Below, one piece after another: positions 13,556 to 26,794 of a stretch of DNA of 64,000 nucleotides. Under the pieces are notes generated by a model. It saw nothing but the letters and a program-made list of their open reading frames with translations. It had not been told where the DNA came from and ran no database searches. Source of the DNA: the human T2T-CHM13v2.0 reference genome, Homo sapiens. Position 1 is the stretch's first letter, and every line of letters begins with the position of its first letter. A program made the position numbers and the translations under genes. Location of the stretch: assembly GCF_009914755.1 (NCBI RefSeq), contig NC_060934.1; one strand, 5' to 3'.

Positions 13556-15636
13556 TTTGCTTAGTTTCCCATTGCTGCTGTAACAATTTGCAACAAACTT
13601 AGTGGGCAAAAATAACACAGCTGTATTCTCCTTCTGTCCCTCCAAAATTCACATCAATCCTACGTGAAGTATACATTCACCCCATCCCAAGGTCACCAAA
13701 AGTTTCAGCCATTACAGCTTCAAGTCTAAAACCTCATCTACATCTCATCAGCTAAAAATAACAAATCTCATGATCTCAATAATTTAAATCAAGTATGAGT
13801 GAGCCGCTAAGTATAATCCATTCTTGGTGAAAATTACTCTTCATCTGTGGACCTGTAAAATCAGAAGTAAGTTGTCTGCCCCCAAAATACAGTGATGGGA
13901 CAGGCACAGGAGACTGTTTATAGACATTCCATTTTAAAAGGGATACAGTGAAAGGGAAAAGGAGTCAGTCACCAGTCCCAAGCAATTTTATACGTGGCAG
14001 GGCAAACTTCTTTAGGTTTCAGGACCCGGGAATAATTCTGTGTGGCTTGAGGACCTGCGCTCTGGATTTGAGCTTCTACACTCTGGGCTTGAGGCTCCAC
14101 CCACTGGGTCATCCTTCCTTTTTCGTGAAGGTAGGATGTGTTTGCAGCTGAGTAGTTTTATCAGCCTGTTTCTTGTCTGTAGAACTTGCCTACTTTACAG
14201 CCTTCTTTCATTTTATCCTTTTTATCCCTTCTATTCTAAGCTGACAGTATTTCTGCTAGTATAACATTCTCAAAAAACTTATGGTATCCAATGTATGTCA
14301 TGGGGATTCATTCCATGAGACAAAAGGGTCCTCCATAGCTTTTTCTGGATAATTCTATGTCTATTTCTGGCTTCTGTTGAGATGGTTGAGGGGATTCACG
14401 AGTCACATGCCTAATCTCTTCAAAGAGCTTTCTGTGTGAAAGAATACTCTGATATTTTGACCCTTCTGAGTTATTTGCCAAAGGTTGTTCATTTACACCC
14501 TGGCTTTCTTTCTAGAGTATCCCTTCATGGCAGTGAACCTCCTAATTTTAACCTTCTTTGCAATCTGAATAGCTGAGCATTTCCCAAATCATCAAGTCCT
14601 GGCTCCTTTTTAATTAACATCCCTTCCCTCCACTTATCTTTTCCTTCTTGCCTTTCACTATAAGCAGCAAGAGGAAACCAGATTGGACCTTCAACACTTT
14701 GCTTGGAAATTTCAGAAAAATATCCAACTTTATTGCTTTCAAGTTGTGCTTTCCATGTAACTGTAGGACACAATTCAGCAAATAATGCTGCCATTAAAAA
14801 CTAAGGATCCTCTTCCAGTGTCCAGTGATATGTTCCTTATTTCCTTCCGAGCTCTCAGCAGCAGTGGCTTTAACATCCATACTGCCACTAATAGTCTGTT
14901 GATGATGATTTGGGTATTCTCTAAGACAGTGTTGGTTTCTCTGCGACAGTCCTCGCTTCCTTCTGAGTCTTCACCAGCGGAGTCATTCATGCCAATGTTT
15001 CTACTAACAGCCTGTTCAAGCCCATGTAAGCTTCTTCTATCATGCTCCTCAAAATTCTTCCAACTTCTACTTATTATCAAATTCCGAAACCACTTCTACT
15101 GTTTTAGATATTTGTTACAGCAGCACTCTATTTATAAGTGTAAAATCTGTATTCGTTTTCTATTGTCATTGCAACAAATTTCCACAAACTTAGTAGCCTA
15201 CAAGTAATACACATTTGTTCTCTTATAGTTCTAGAGGTCAGAAGTTCAAAATGAGGCATACAGGGCTAAAATTAAGGTGATGGGAAGGCTGTTTCTTTTG
15301 GGAGCCTCTGAGAGAAAAATCTGTTTCCTGTGCATTCCAGTGTCTAGCAACCACCTGTATTCCTTGTCTTGTGGCCCCTTCCTCCTTGTTCAAAGCACAT
15401 CTCTCAGTTTACTGTTTTCATTACTATATCACTGTTTTCTCCGACTCTGACTCCTCCTGCATCCTTCTTATAAGTACTATTGTGATGACATTGGGTCCAC
15501 CCAGATAATCTAGGGTAATCCTTTCATCTCCAGAATTTTAACTCAATCACATTTGCAAAGTCCCTTTTTCCATATGAATTCACAGGTTCTGAAAATTCAT
15601 GGACATATTTGGGGTGGTGTTATGTAGCCTACCATA
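13556..15636 (-). mobile_element. MLT1 (C/D-like) MaLR provirus remnant: truncated LTR ~13556-13630, MLT1-int ~13631-15147, complete LTR 15148-15636
   Basis: Both LTR pieces contain ttttc(t/c)attg...aacaaWttNcacaaacttagt. The full LTR ends agcctaccata. Internal ORF remnants (14525-15080) resemble the neighbouring THE1-int ORF. Confidence 0.8.
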
Positions 15637-15689
15637 TCGCTATTATTTCAGTTCTCCCAACTTTTAGAAGGTTGATAGACAGCACGTAG

Positions 15690-15865
15690 TAGTGGAAGGA
15701 ACTAATCTGGGAGTCAGAAACCTAGATTTCAGTCCCACTTGGGCTACTAAAAGGTTTTATGCCTTAGATCAAGCCATTTTGCTTTTTTGGACCTCAATAT
15801 CATCAGTTGTAAAGTGAGGGGATTAAACTGAGTGATGGCTAAGGCCCTTCAGGACTCTCTACTGT
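15690..15865 (+). mobile_element. MIR SINE fragment
   Basis: gggagtcagaaacctagatttcagtccc...ggacctcaatatcatcagttgtaaagtgagggga. Confidence 0.6.
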
Positions 15866-16719
15866 TATGCTTCTTTGGTTCTGGGCTTTCATTGCAATGA
15901 GGTGCTTCTTTAGAAATAAGAAATGGTGAGTTTTAGTTGCTGAACAGTTTAGAGTGAATTAGCCAAAATGGTGCTGCAGTTCAGTGCTAAAGTCAGTTGA
16001 GGTGACTTAGTTTACTGTTGTTGTTCTTGCCAGATTATGGGCCTTTTACATACAGTAGATGCTCATCAAACTCAATGGAAAAGCATTATCATGCACAGTT
16101 TCTCTTAGAAGGCACTTGCACTGAATAAGAAAAAAAATCCTCACTCTCTTAGTGTAGGGGTTCAGGGCGACTTAAATGGTAAAATCTGAGGTCTGAGTAA
16201 AGGGTTTCTTATGTTCTCTAGGGTGGAAGTTATGGCTGAGGAAGGATGGGAAGGTTTTCCGAAGGTCCGTGTCTCCAGTAGGAGAAAGCAGGTCCTTTGG
16301 AGAAAATGTGCATTGGCTTTTGCTAGATTCTTGCAGCTGCACAGAAGGCTGCTGCAGCCAACACATGTTATAGAGCTCAAGAGAGTTGGAAGTGATGTCT
16401 GATGCTAAGTCCTCCACAAGCAAACCAGGGAAATCAACTGAAGAAGAGGCCTCAAAGAAATCAGGTCAAGGAATTTAAGCACTGAGTCTAGGAGGATTCA
16501 GAAGAGGATATTTAGTTTTTCAGCTTGTCCTCTGGGACTCTATACCACTGGGGACTCATATACAATATTTCTGTTGTTGCTAAAGGGCAGTAAGTATGAT
16601 GATTAGAATTTGAAAAGCAGTCCCTCTGGTAGGCCTTAGGATTTTCTAAACTGCTTTGCAAGGCTAGGTTAAATCTTGTGTTTTTTTAAAAGAGGAATCT
16701 TCTATTCAGCACACAAATG

Positions 16720-17075
16720 AGCACCCTACCTTTGAGCCTTTGTAATTTTACTCATGTTATTTCCTATGTCTGGAAATTCTTGTCCACATCTTTACCTGCT
16801 TACAATCTTCTCTGTCCTTCAAGGATCTGCTTAAATACCATGCTTTCAAACAAAACCTCTTATTTCCTCTCTCTCCGAATGATCTTTTCTTTTTCTTAAA
16901 CTCCTGTTGAATTTTCAGTCTTTAATTTTTTAACAGCATTGGCCACAGTAGGAATTTAAATGCATGCTTTCTCTCAGGTGCATTATAATGTCATTGAGAC
17001 ATTTATTCATCTTTGCATCTCTCATAGTACATAAAACTGGAGAGGAGGGCTTAATATGTGTAGAAAGAATGAATA
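16720..17075 (+). mobile_element. L2 LINE fragment (3' region)
   Basis: gttatttcctatgtctggaaattc...ttattcatctttgcatctc...gaatgaat, an L2 3'-like pattern. Confidence 0.5.
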
Positions 17076-17687
17076 GAAAAAATATCTAACTGTACATGTA
17101 AGCATAGACTCACTGGGTACATAAAATATAAATTAATGTCCATAGAAATCTATATTGATATACTGATATTGATATAGATATAGATATTGATATAGATAGA
17201 GATGACTTAGTACTCAAGATAGTGCTGAGTGTTGATGTAAGAGATGTATAAGGCTTGAAACTCTAAGCCTTAGTAAAACCATATTCTAATTGTGGAGAGA
17301 ATATAGCAAAATATTCATGAGCGATAGTATTAGGTGGGGTTAAATTTTGTGATACAGATAGTCACTACTCCTGTATTTCAGAGAAGAGGATGCTCTCTGT
17401 AAGCTGGAGTGGTTGGGGAGATCTTTGAGGAGGAGAAAGAATTTGAGTGAGCCCTTGAATGATCAAACACTTTTTCAGGTTTTAAGGTCTTCGTAGAAAT
17501 GTCAAACATTTTCATGTTTGTCTATAGGACAATTGTCATATCTTTCATTTTAGTTGTTAAAAAATAGAATGGACAAAAAATGGTGCCAGTTCAAAATGAA
17601 TTTACATGTATTTTTAATGCATGTTTTAAATTTTGTCTTCAACCAAGCTTAGGACACATGTGGATTTGAAGGCTCAAGAATTCCAAG

Positions 17688-17862
17688 TAACCAAAAGAGT
17701 ATAATTGTATTGTTTATAACAGAAAGAAAAGATAAATGCTTGAAGTGATGGATACCCCGTCTACCCTGATGTGATTGTTATGCATTGTATGTCTGTATCA
17801 AAATATCTTGTGTACCCCATAGATATTTACTATCTACTATTTACACATTAAAATAAAAAAAA
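17688..17862 (+). mobile_element. L1MA-type 3' end fragment with polyA
   Basis: gataaatgcttgaagtgatggataccccgtctaccctgatgtgattg...aaaataaaaaaa. TSD aattccaag at 17679-17687 and 17863-17871. Confidence 0.85.
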
Positions 17863-19701
17863 AATTCCAAGGCTCCTTGGTGTGGACCATGGTTCTTGGA
17901 ATCTGTGGAGTAGGACCTTAGTAAATACTTGTGTGATGGTGATGGATTTCTGGTTAAGATTTCTTGATTTTTACTCTTTTACCAATTTCTTAACTATGTC
18001 GCTAAGGTTTAGTTAGCTTTTTTTGTTGTTGGGTAGACATGTCCTAAAGGCTTTTTGTACCCGATCTCAGAAGCTTGTTTTTCAACTGAATTGAAATGTA
18101 TTTTCAATTCAGTAAATGAAGTATATGTAAAAACCACAATGACTAAAGGGGCATTTTAAAGAAGGTTAGGGGCAGGAAAATCAACTAAATTTGATGACTG
18201 AAATGTTCTATTTTTCAAATGTCCATAACATTATCAGGAGGGGAAAAGCCAGAAACCATTGTGATTAAAACTGGTGATATATGAGCGTGGCTTTATCGAA
18301 TATATAATATGATTATTTCATTTGTAAAGTGCTTTGCAATGCATGCTGAGTCAAATGCAATACAAATACTAATATAATATCCAGCATTGCAAATCCAGAG
18401 AAAAATGTATTGTGTATCGTCTTATGAAATATAATTTCCAGTGATTCTGAATAGTTTATATAGGGAACATTTTTTTTCTTGCTTTTCATGCTTCTAATTA
18501 AATGACCAGAATAAAACAATCACTTGAAAATAAATTCTGAAAGATTATTTCTTAACATATTTTCATATTTTTGCCAGCTTCGAACTCTTGGATTCTAGCT
18601 GGCATGCCAGCTGATTTGTGTGGGTCATCCAGACTGTGAGTTCAGGTTTTTTTCAGGGATGAAAAAGTCAAGCCTCTTGCTTTGGCTGAAGTGTCTGAGT
18701 TTATGATAATGTAAATATTGCCTTGTTTGTCAAAACCAAGCCTGCATCTTGGCTTTCTTCAGGAGACCTGGAAAGAGCTACTACTTCTTAACTCAACAAG
18801 CATTTATTTGTTTCCTACATTGTGATCACATATGTTTTAAGCATTCTTGGTAACACAAAGAGTATTTCCTGGTTTCTTGCCAACTTATTGGTTTAAAGTC
18901 CTGCCCAGTGAAGAGTGAAGATGTGTATTTAAATACTGCATTGTGTGACAGAAATTCCAAGAGTGGTAGATGATCAGGAAAGGAGAGACAATCCATGGAT
19001 TCTAGTAGGTGGGAGAGCACAACTTGATATGGCCAGTGGCAATCCAACCCCAAAGACTGTGGGCAAGCTGGTGGATGGAGAAATACAATGGATGGTGCTC
19101 TGAAGGATTTGGGGGAGTCAAAGGGAAGGGGAAAAAATCCTCCAGGCCTATCCTTCACTTAGCTTTTTATTTTTAACAAATGAAAAATACATAGAGCAGT
19201 TGTCATTTGTTAAAGTGTAGCAGAAAGAGCGAAACAGGCCAGTGGAGGCTTCATCAAGAATGCTCATTCAGAATGATGAATGTGGCTAAACACACATTTG
19301 TTCGTAAAACTTGCAGAGTGGCTGAGCATCATTAAGCATGAGAAATAGGTGCAGCATGCTGAGAAGAGAGTGGAGCAAACAGATGTTGTGAATTTTCACA
19401 GGCATCCTTCATCCACCAGTCCATCATTAATATAGTTGAAGGTGATCCTTTCTTTTTATTTAATAAGCACAAACAAAGTGCATGTGTTGTGATTCTGCTG
19501 AATGCACTTCTTTTTCTGAAGAAGTAAGGGCGTGCAAGAATGGGGAGGATATGTAGACACATCAGTTCCCTGTGCTCCCATAACATGATATCAGCCTTGG
19601 GGCACAGCTAGTGCAGAATACCACTTTTATTTTTCCTTTTTTTTTTTTTTCACTCATCTTGCAGTAGCTCTAACTGCCTCATCACTCTGTTTGCTACCTA
19701 G

Positions 19702-20099
<398 letters not shown>

Positions 20100-22195
20100 G
20101 CATTCAACTTTTATAATGACATGCTACAACTTGTTTGCTGACATCAGCTGGGTAGACACTTTTTTTCCCTATTGGCAGAACTTCATTGACCCTACCCTGT
20201 ATCATCCAATTCTACTTCTTTCCCTTCCTTCTCTTCGTTTTTACTTCTTGGCCCTTTGCTAGCATAGATCTTGGCCTACATACCCTTACAGGCCTTCCTT
20301 CACTTGGAAGCACAGTCCAGGCTTCTCATCTTGATCCTTGGACCCTTGACTACCACCAAAAGGATTGAGAACCCTCTCTTTTTTAACCTCATTTCCCAGT
20401 TTGTGAAATGAAGATGGTAATGCTTCCTTTCCAGGGTTGGTCTAAGTAAAAGCATTTTGTGAACTCTGAAAAGCATCCTACAATTATTATGAATGTTGAA
20501 TTGTGATCTATTAAACAATGAGTTCTCTTTTGTAGAGTTTTCACTTAGGGAGTTGTCAACATCTGCTTAAATCCTCATGGTCTGTTTGCCTAGAGCTTCA
20601 CATTTAGTGCCAGATATGTTGGGTCTGTGAAGCTGTATCTGTTTTCACTGTGTGTGTCTGTGTGTGTGTGCACACGAGTGAGCACGCACGTGTGTTGTAT
20701 GTATCTGTTCATTTTCAGACCAAACTGGAGGGGAAAAAACCTACAAGAAGGCAGTGAAACTCTCATATAGAGCTTGAGACAAGATATTGCTTTATCTTGC
20801 TATTAATGAACTATGAAGAATAACTTATAATTTTACAGTTGCGCCTTTCTTCATTCAAAATAAGCATTATTGGGATCCTGAATACCCTAAGGCAGAAGTG
20901 AGGAACTCCGTAATAAGTCATTTCAAAATGCAAACTATCTACTGGTAATCATAAATTTGTTTAACTTGTTACATGTACTTTTTGACCATGGCAGCTGTCT
21001 GCCTATGCTTTGAATTGGCATGTTGAGTTTAAGTGTGTTTGTGTGTGCTTTTGTTTAAAGACCAATATCTCTACTGTCATAGAGACCCATCTGAGTTAAA
21101 ATTGCCAACATTGCCAGGGCTTTGTGACAGTGCTCATACATGCTGTAGCTCTGGGGTTCATCTTCAGCAGAATTCATAGACCAGAGTGCCAGGCATTCAC
21201 TTTGAAGCAAAGAGAAGTGTTATTTTAGCTAACATTGAGCCCACATTCTAAAGGCAACATGCTTGGTTCCCGAAGCCTTAGCAAGAGGACAAGATAACAT
21301 ATTTACATGTTGGATGTGTTTTAATCATCTCCTTCCATGGGCCTTCTCACTCTCAAGTGCAGCACATGTGTCCTTAAAGGCCTTGAGTAGCTGTGGATCT
21401 CCTATGGTTTATTATCGAACTTAAATATACCTGCAGTTAGGAATGCTATGTTTTGTCTGTGTGAATGATTGCCCTCAGGAAGAGCATATGCATGTCGACT
21501 CAAGCCAGTCCTGGGAGCCTGAGTCCTACCTTGTGGCTGCCACCCAAACCTTGAGAGCCCTGCTGTTCCCTCTGGTTGCTTGGGCACTTGGCCAAATGCA
21601 CAGGAAAGTGGAGTATATATGTGGAGACTTTGAATGGTGTGGTTTGTCTTCCCACTTGATACTAGTTATGCCGTGAAGACTTACCTGTGAATGAGGTCTG
21701 GTGGTAACTTATGTTCAAGCCTGGTGATGACAGTTCAGCTGCTTTGAGATCCAAGCACCCTGTAGGTGATCAGTGTTATGCCAAGAGGAAAGGAGGGTTG
21801 GCTTTGGCACTTTTTGGTAACCTGCACGTTCTAAAAGAAAATTTCTTTATTGGAATGCATAGTCATCTCTGCTGGTGCCTCTGGAGTAGTGAGTGAGTGC
21901 TTGCTCCAGAACTGATCTTGGTCTCCATGCTGTGATCATCCTAGTTAGGACATTGTCACAGCTTAGATGGCTGTAGTACAACTAGCCCTGGGTTTGGAGG
22001 CTTGGAGTCTCGTTTCCCCTCTGTCTCTGTTTCTTCATTGGTAGATGGAGATGATGGGGCTGAACTCATCGCTTGTTTAAAGTTCCTCAGTTATTTAGAT
22101 ATCCACGTTTTTCTGGGTCTTTCTCCATGCCAGGCATTGAAATGAAAACCATTGAAATTTTAACATTATCAATGAAAACTGGGTTTACTCTAAGT

Positions 22196-22552
22196 CGGGA
22201 TTGGCAAACTATGGTCTGCTGCCTCTTTTCATATGCCTGCAAGGCAAAAATGGTTTTTACATTTTAAATCATGGAGAAAAATCAGAAGAATACTTTGTGA
22301 CAAGTGAAACTGATATGAAGTTCAAATATGAGTGTCCATAAATAAATTCTGTGCTTCTCATTAGTAAGCTGTGTTATAAGAAATTATGCTCAATATTTAT
22401 TATATTTTTAATTTTGTCAGTAAAATTTATTTGGCAAAGGAATTTTTTTCTCTTGTTAGTTTCTCCATAGTACCCTTGATTTTACCACTTGGCCTAGAAA
22501 GCCTGAAATATTTACTCTCTGGTCCTTTACAGAAAGTGTTTGCTGACCTCTG
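22196..22552. mobile_element. MER58-like hAT-Charlie DNA transposon
   Basis: ggattggcaaactatgg...aagcctgaaatatttactctctggtcctttacagaaagtgtttgctgacctctg. Confidence 0.75.
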
Positions 22553-22581
22553 GTCTATGTTATTTCACAGTCTCACTAGAT

Positions 22582-23159
22582 GAGTGGTTTGCAAACTGTG
22601 GGTCATGATCCATTAGTTTTTGGTGAAATCAATTTAGAGGGTTACAAACAGCATCTTATAAATAAATGAAATAAAAGAGAATTTTAAAAGACAGGACATA
22701 TCAAAGTGCATTGCATGTGGTATGGCGAATGCTGTTTTATGAAGTTTTTCTTTCAGATGGGAGCGTGTTTGTATGTGTGTACATGCTGGGTCACCATGTC
22801 AAATATAACGTGGGTCATGGCCCAAAGAGGTGGAAAAGGGTGGGGCATGGTGTCTGACACCTATAATGCCAGCACTTTGGGAGGCCAGGATGGGAGGATG
22901 GCTTGAGCCCAGGAGCTGGAGTCCAGTAACACAGTGAGACCCCTGTTTCTTAAAAAAAAAAAAAATTACCTGGGGTGGTAGCATGAGCTTGTAGTCCCAG
23001 CTACTGGGAAGGCTGAAGAGGGAGGATTGCTTGAGCCCTGGAGGTCAAGGCTGCAATGAGCCATGATGGCACCACTACCCTCTACCCTGGGTAACAGAGC
23101 AAGACCTTATCTCTAAAATACGTAAGTAAATAAGTAAATGAAGAGGTGGAAAGCCACAG
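22582..23159. mobile_element. Old hAT-Charlie non-autonomous element interrupted near its end by AluJ
   Basis: agtggtttgcaaactgtgggtcatgatcc...gtgggtcatggcccaaagaggtggaaagccacag termini. 8-bp TSD cactagat (22574-22581) / cactagag (23160-23167). Confidence 0.65.
22838..23140 (+). mobile_element. AluJ SINE
   Basis: J-type gggaggatggcttgagcccaggag and gaggtcaaggctgcaatgagc. Perfect TSD aagaggtggaaa at 22825-22836 and 23141-23152. Confidence 0.92.
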
Positions 23160-23167
23160 CACTAGAG

Positions 23168-23285
23168 CACAAGCTCTTTGAGGGCAGAAAGCCTGTCTCA
23201 TTCATTTTTGTTTCCTTGGGCCTGGCACAATGCCTGGGAAAAAAATAGGCTTTTAAGAATGTTTGAAGAGATGAATTAATGAGTT
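23168..23285 (+). mobile_element. L2 3' end fragment
   Basis: aagctctttgagggcagaaagcctgtctc...cctggcacaatgcctgg...gaatgtttgaagagatgaat. Confidence 0.65.
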
Positions 23286-26257
23286 CAGGGAAGAAATAAG
23301 GCATGACTATTGAACATTATGGACACAGCTACTAAATAATCTCTGAACATGTCTTAATGTGTTTAGCTCAATGCATACGGTTTCCTGAAATGAGGAAATG
23401 CATTTCAGAGAGTGAACAAATAATTTATTTTCTGTATTGGAAGATGGCACCTAGGAAGCTGGGTTTGAGTTCCATCCTGAAGGATAGTCAGGTCATGTGT
23501 TAAGTGTGGTATAGAGAAGGGGGACAAGCATTGGCTTAGGGGTCCTGAGTGCCAGTGCTTGCTCTACCCTGAACTTCTGGGAACTTAGATGAGTTTCCTG
23601 TGTCTTTCTTGCCAAATTCCTTCAGCCCAGGCAAAGTGAGAATGATAATAATGATTATCAGACACTCAGCTGTGAAGATCAGAGGAGAGGATGAGGTGGA
23701 GAGCACTTTGAAAAGTATAAATCCGTGTGCAAAGGCAGTGCTCATTATTATGTCATGTTAAAACGTTTGTATCAGACCCTTTCTGTGGGCAAGACATGTG
23801 CTTGGCACAGTGGGAACTAGAAACTCAGACCCCTTAAGGTCCTCGTGGTTAAACTAATGAATCTTTAAGGTTGTTATACTGGTGAAAAGGTAAATAGCAA
23901 CACAAAATTTAAAATAAGCCAATAGAAGAGGAGATGTTGTAAGGTCATCCATGCCCTTGCAAATGTTCAGACTCCCCAGGCTGAGGCAAAAGCTCTGGGG
24001 AAAGGTGAGAAGGGGAGGTGGTGCCAGAGGTATGAGATAGAGAGTCTTGAATAGAAAGGAAGGCCCTTCTCGCTGGGCTGTGGTAGTGGCAGCAGAAAGG
24101 AGAAGCCCCTGTAGATGAAAAAGTCCCCTCTCAGTGAGTGACTCCCTGGGCTAATTGCTGCATTACTCTCTTTGATGGGCCTGATGGTGCTGAGATAACA
24201 AAATGAAAAATCAAATGAGAAATGGAACCCAGGAGTCTAAAAAGTTAGTAAATTTTGACATTAGAAATATAATCAAATTTCACCAGTGCTTTTCTGTAGT
24301 GACAGCCAAATCCATCCATGTCAGAGCAATGGCCTATGGTATGTGGTTTCGTGTGGCTTTTCTTCCCCCTTTCTCTTTTCCTTTTGCAAAATCAGCATTA
24401 GGCTATTTGGAGGACAGGCGAGAACTATTATGTTAAATTGTGCTACCTACAACTTAAGCTTCTGTCTTTGCTAAAGCTGCCAGTTTTTATAAACAACAGA
24501 AGACAGAAAGGGTTTACTAAGAATAATGTTGAAGCCCAAAAGAATCCTACAGCCTATAAATCTTAATAGAGGTTCTGAGATTCCAGCAGGCTGGATGTGT
24601 CTCTTTTACCCGGGCTCACTCCATCTTGGCTCCCCCGTGATGACTCCAATTTTCTCGAAACACAGGCACAGTGCCTTGAATTTACTTGTGGCACTTTTTG
24701 CCTACAAACAGGAATACATGCATATAACCTATGCAAATCAATAAAAACATGTCAAGACCCCTTAGATCGCACTACTCTCCTAAAATGCAATTTATCTTGC
24801 TGCAAATGAGAGTAAGGGACTAGGTAACAAATAGCGTCTGATCATTTAACTAGCACCTGTTGTCAATGCATTTGAAAACGGCATTTTTCATTTGACATAC
24901 AGTAAATTGCATTTTCATATATATCGAATAGAAAAGTGAGCTGGGATGTACATATGAAGCCCTTTATGAATTTTATGAACAATGGATATTTTAGAGCTGT
25001 ATGTTTAAAGGGGTCACGTCAGTTGCTGCAAATTTATTTGTTCCTTCCAGCATTGGTTGTGAACATACCATAGTTTTCTTATGGCTGGATGTTGAAGTGT
25101 GGCAACGCTGAAAGTATAATTATATCATTCATGTTAGGTGAAGGACAATTACTATAATTTTTGTATAAAATTGAATATAACTTAAATGTGTAAATATGAT
25201 TTTTTTTTGTTTTTTTTTACAAAAGTTTCTTGGGGGAAAGCTGCTTTTTATACATTACATTTTTCAGTCAATTCCTTTGTCGGCTTAAATTATGAGCCAC
25301 AGGTTTTTTTTTAAATGCAATATTTTGTTTGCAGACGGGTGGCTGTTGCACAAATTCAACAACACTTAGGCTTATCAGCAACAATGGTTTTCACATTAGT
25401 GAGCATGGTTTGGCAATATTATTTGACATCTGGAACAAGCTATATTATACCAGACATATCAAGTATAACTGAATGGATCATTTAACTGGCATTTGTTTCA
25501 AAAACTCCCACTCCAGCTTTTGCCTGGCTGTCATGATATGCCGGCAACACATCCTGTGTTTCCCTGGCTTCTGTGTCCCTCATTGGCATTTGGCAGTCTC
25601 ATGCTCCCTTCCCACCTTCAGGTGGACACTTAGTCATCACGACGATGAGGCCATATTCTTGCGTCTCTTTTTGGAGAAGTCCAGGATGCCAGGTAGCTGC
25701 AGAGGGAAGGAGCTCTGTGACCATTTTAGCCAGGACTCAGGCCATCAATTGCACCATCAGCTCTTCTCTTATTTTGAGTGTTTGATTATGGCTCCCCCCT
25801 GGCACATCTACATGTTTTGTAACTATGTCACACAGGGAGATCGGCTTTGTTGAATTTCCTGTAACTTGGATAGAGAGGAGAAAAAACAGGAAAGGGCCCT
25901 CTGCGTTGCATCCTTTAATAAAAGAACCACATGGGGGCAGAGAGAGAAGAAGCTGGAAGTAAGAGGAAATGGTAATAGCAGAATTTTAACACTTAGTTTT
26001 TCTCAGTCTACCTAAGATTTTCCTTTAGCAATTTGGAGTATATAGTCACAACTTGGCAGCCTAGCACCAAAGTTGTATATCATTGCTGCTATTGTTTTAC
26101 TTTGTTGCTCTGCCTAAGGAATTCACTCCTTAGGATGTTGAAGCCAGGCTTATGAAGAATCTCCATGGGGAAACTGGTATGAAAATGCTAGGTACCTCCT
26201 AAATAAGAAGTAATGCATTTACTTCTTGCAGAAACGCTGTTGCTTTTGTTACTTATT

Positions 26258-26312
<55 letters not shown>
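26258..26312. repeat. (TG)n microsatellite
   Basis: Directly visible run with one interruption. Confidence 0.95.
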
Positions 26313-26315
<3 letters not shown>

Positions 26316-26794
26316 AGCTTTTCTCTTTAAACTAAGCAGGATATAAGCAGACCCCACCCAGCTTAGTGAGTAAATTCATACCAACCATTCAAAATAATTA
26401 AAGGGAAAGAAGGACTTGTTAAGTAAAGCAAATAATGAACAAGTCTCAAAAGGCAAAAGCCAAATAATGAGAAAAGTCATAGGCTTAACCTCATTTTCAC
26501 TGCATTTGGTAAAATTGTTTTTATCAATATAAACAATCAGAAATTGAGGCTTGAGGCAGAAAAGGGATTTATTATCTAACTAATGTCACTGAAAGGAACT
26601 GCTCAAGGTGGTCATAGCACTGGAAAGAAAGAAGCAGCCTTAATTCTCCTAACATTGCCGTTTAGATTAGTTGGAGACAAATTCATTTTTCATTAAGTCT
26701 TTTATTCATTCCACAAATATTTCATGAGCTTCAAATGTTATGTGCAAAGCACCATATTAAGTGTGGAGTGTAGGCAAAGTAAATAAATAAATAA

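Noticed and set aside
19172-19214. 12-bp perfect inverted repeat (tttaacaaatga / tcatttgttaaa, 19-nt loop)
   Set aside because: AT-rich and short. Roughly one such hairpin could arise by chance in 64 kb, and it is too short for a pre-miRNA.
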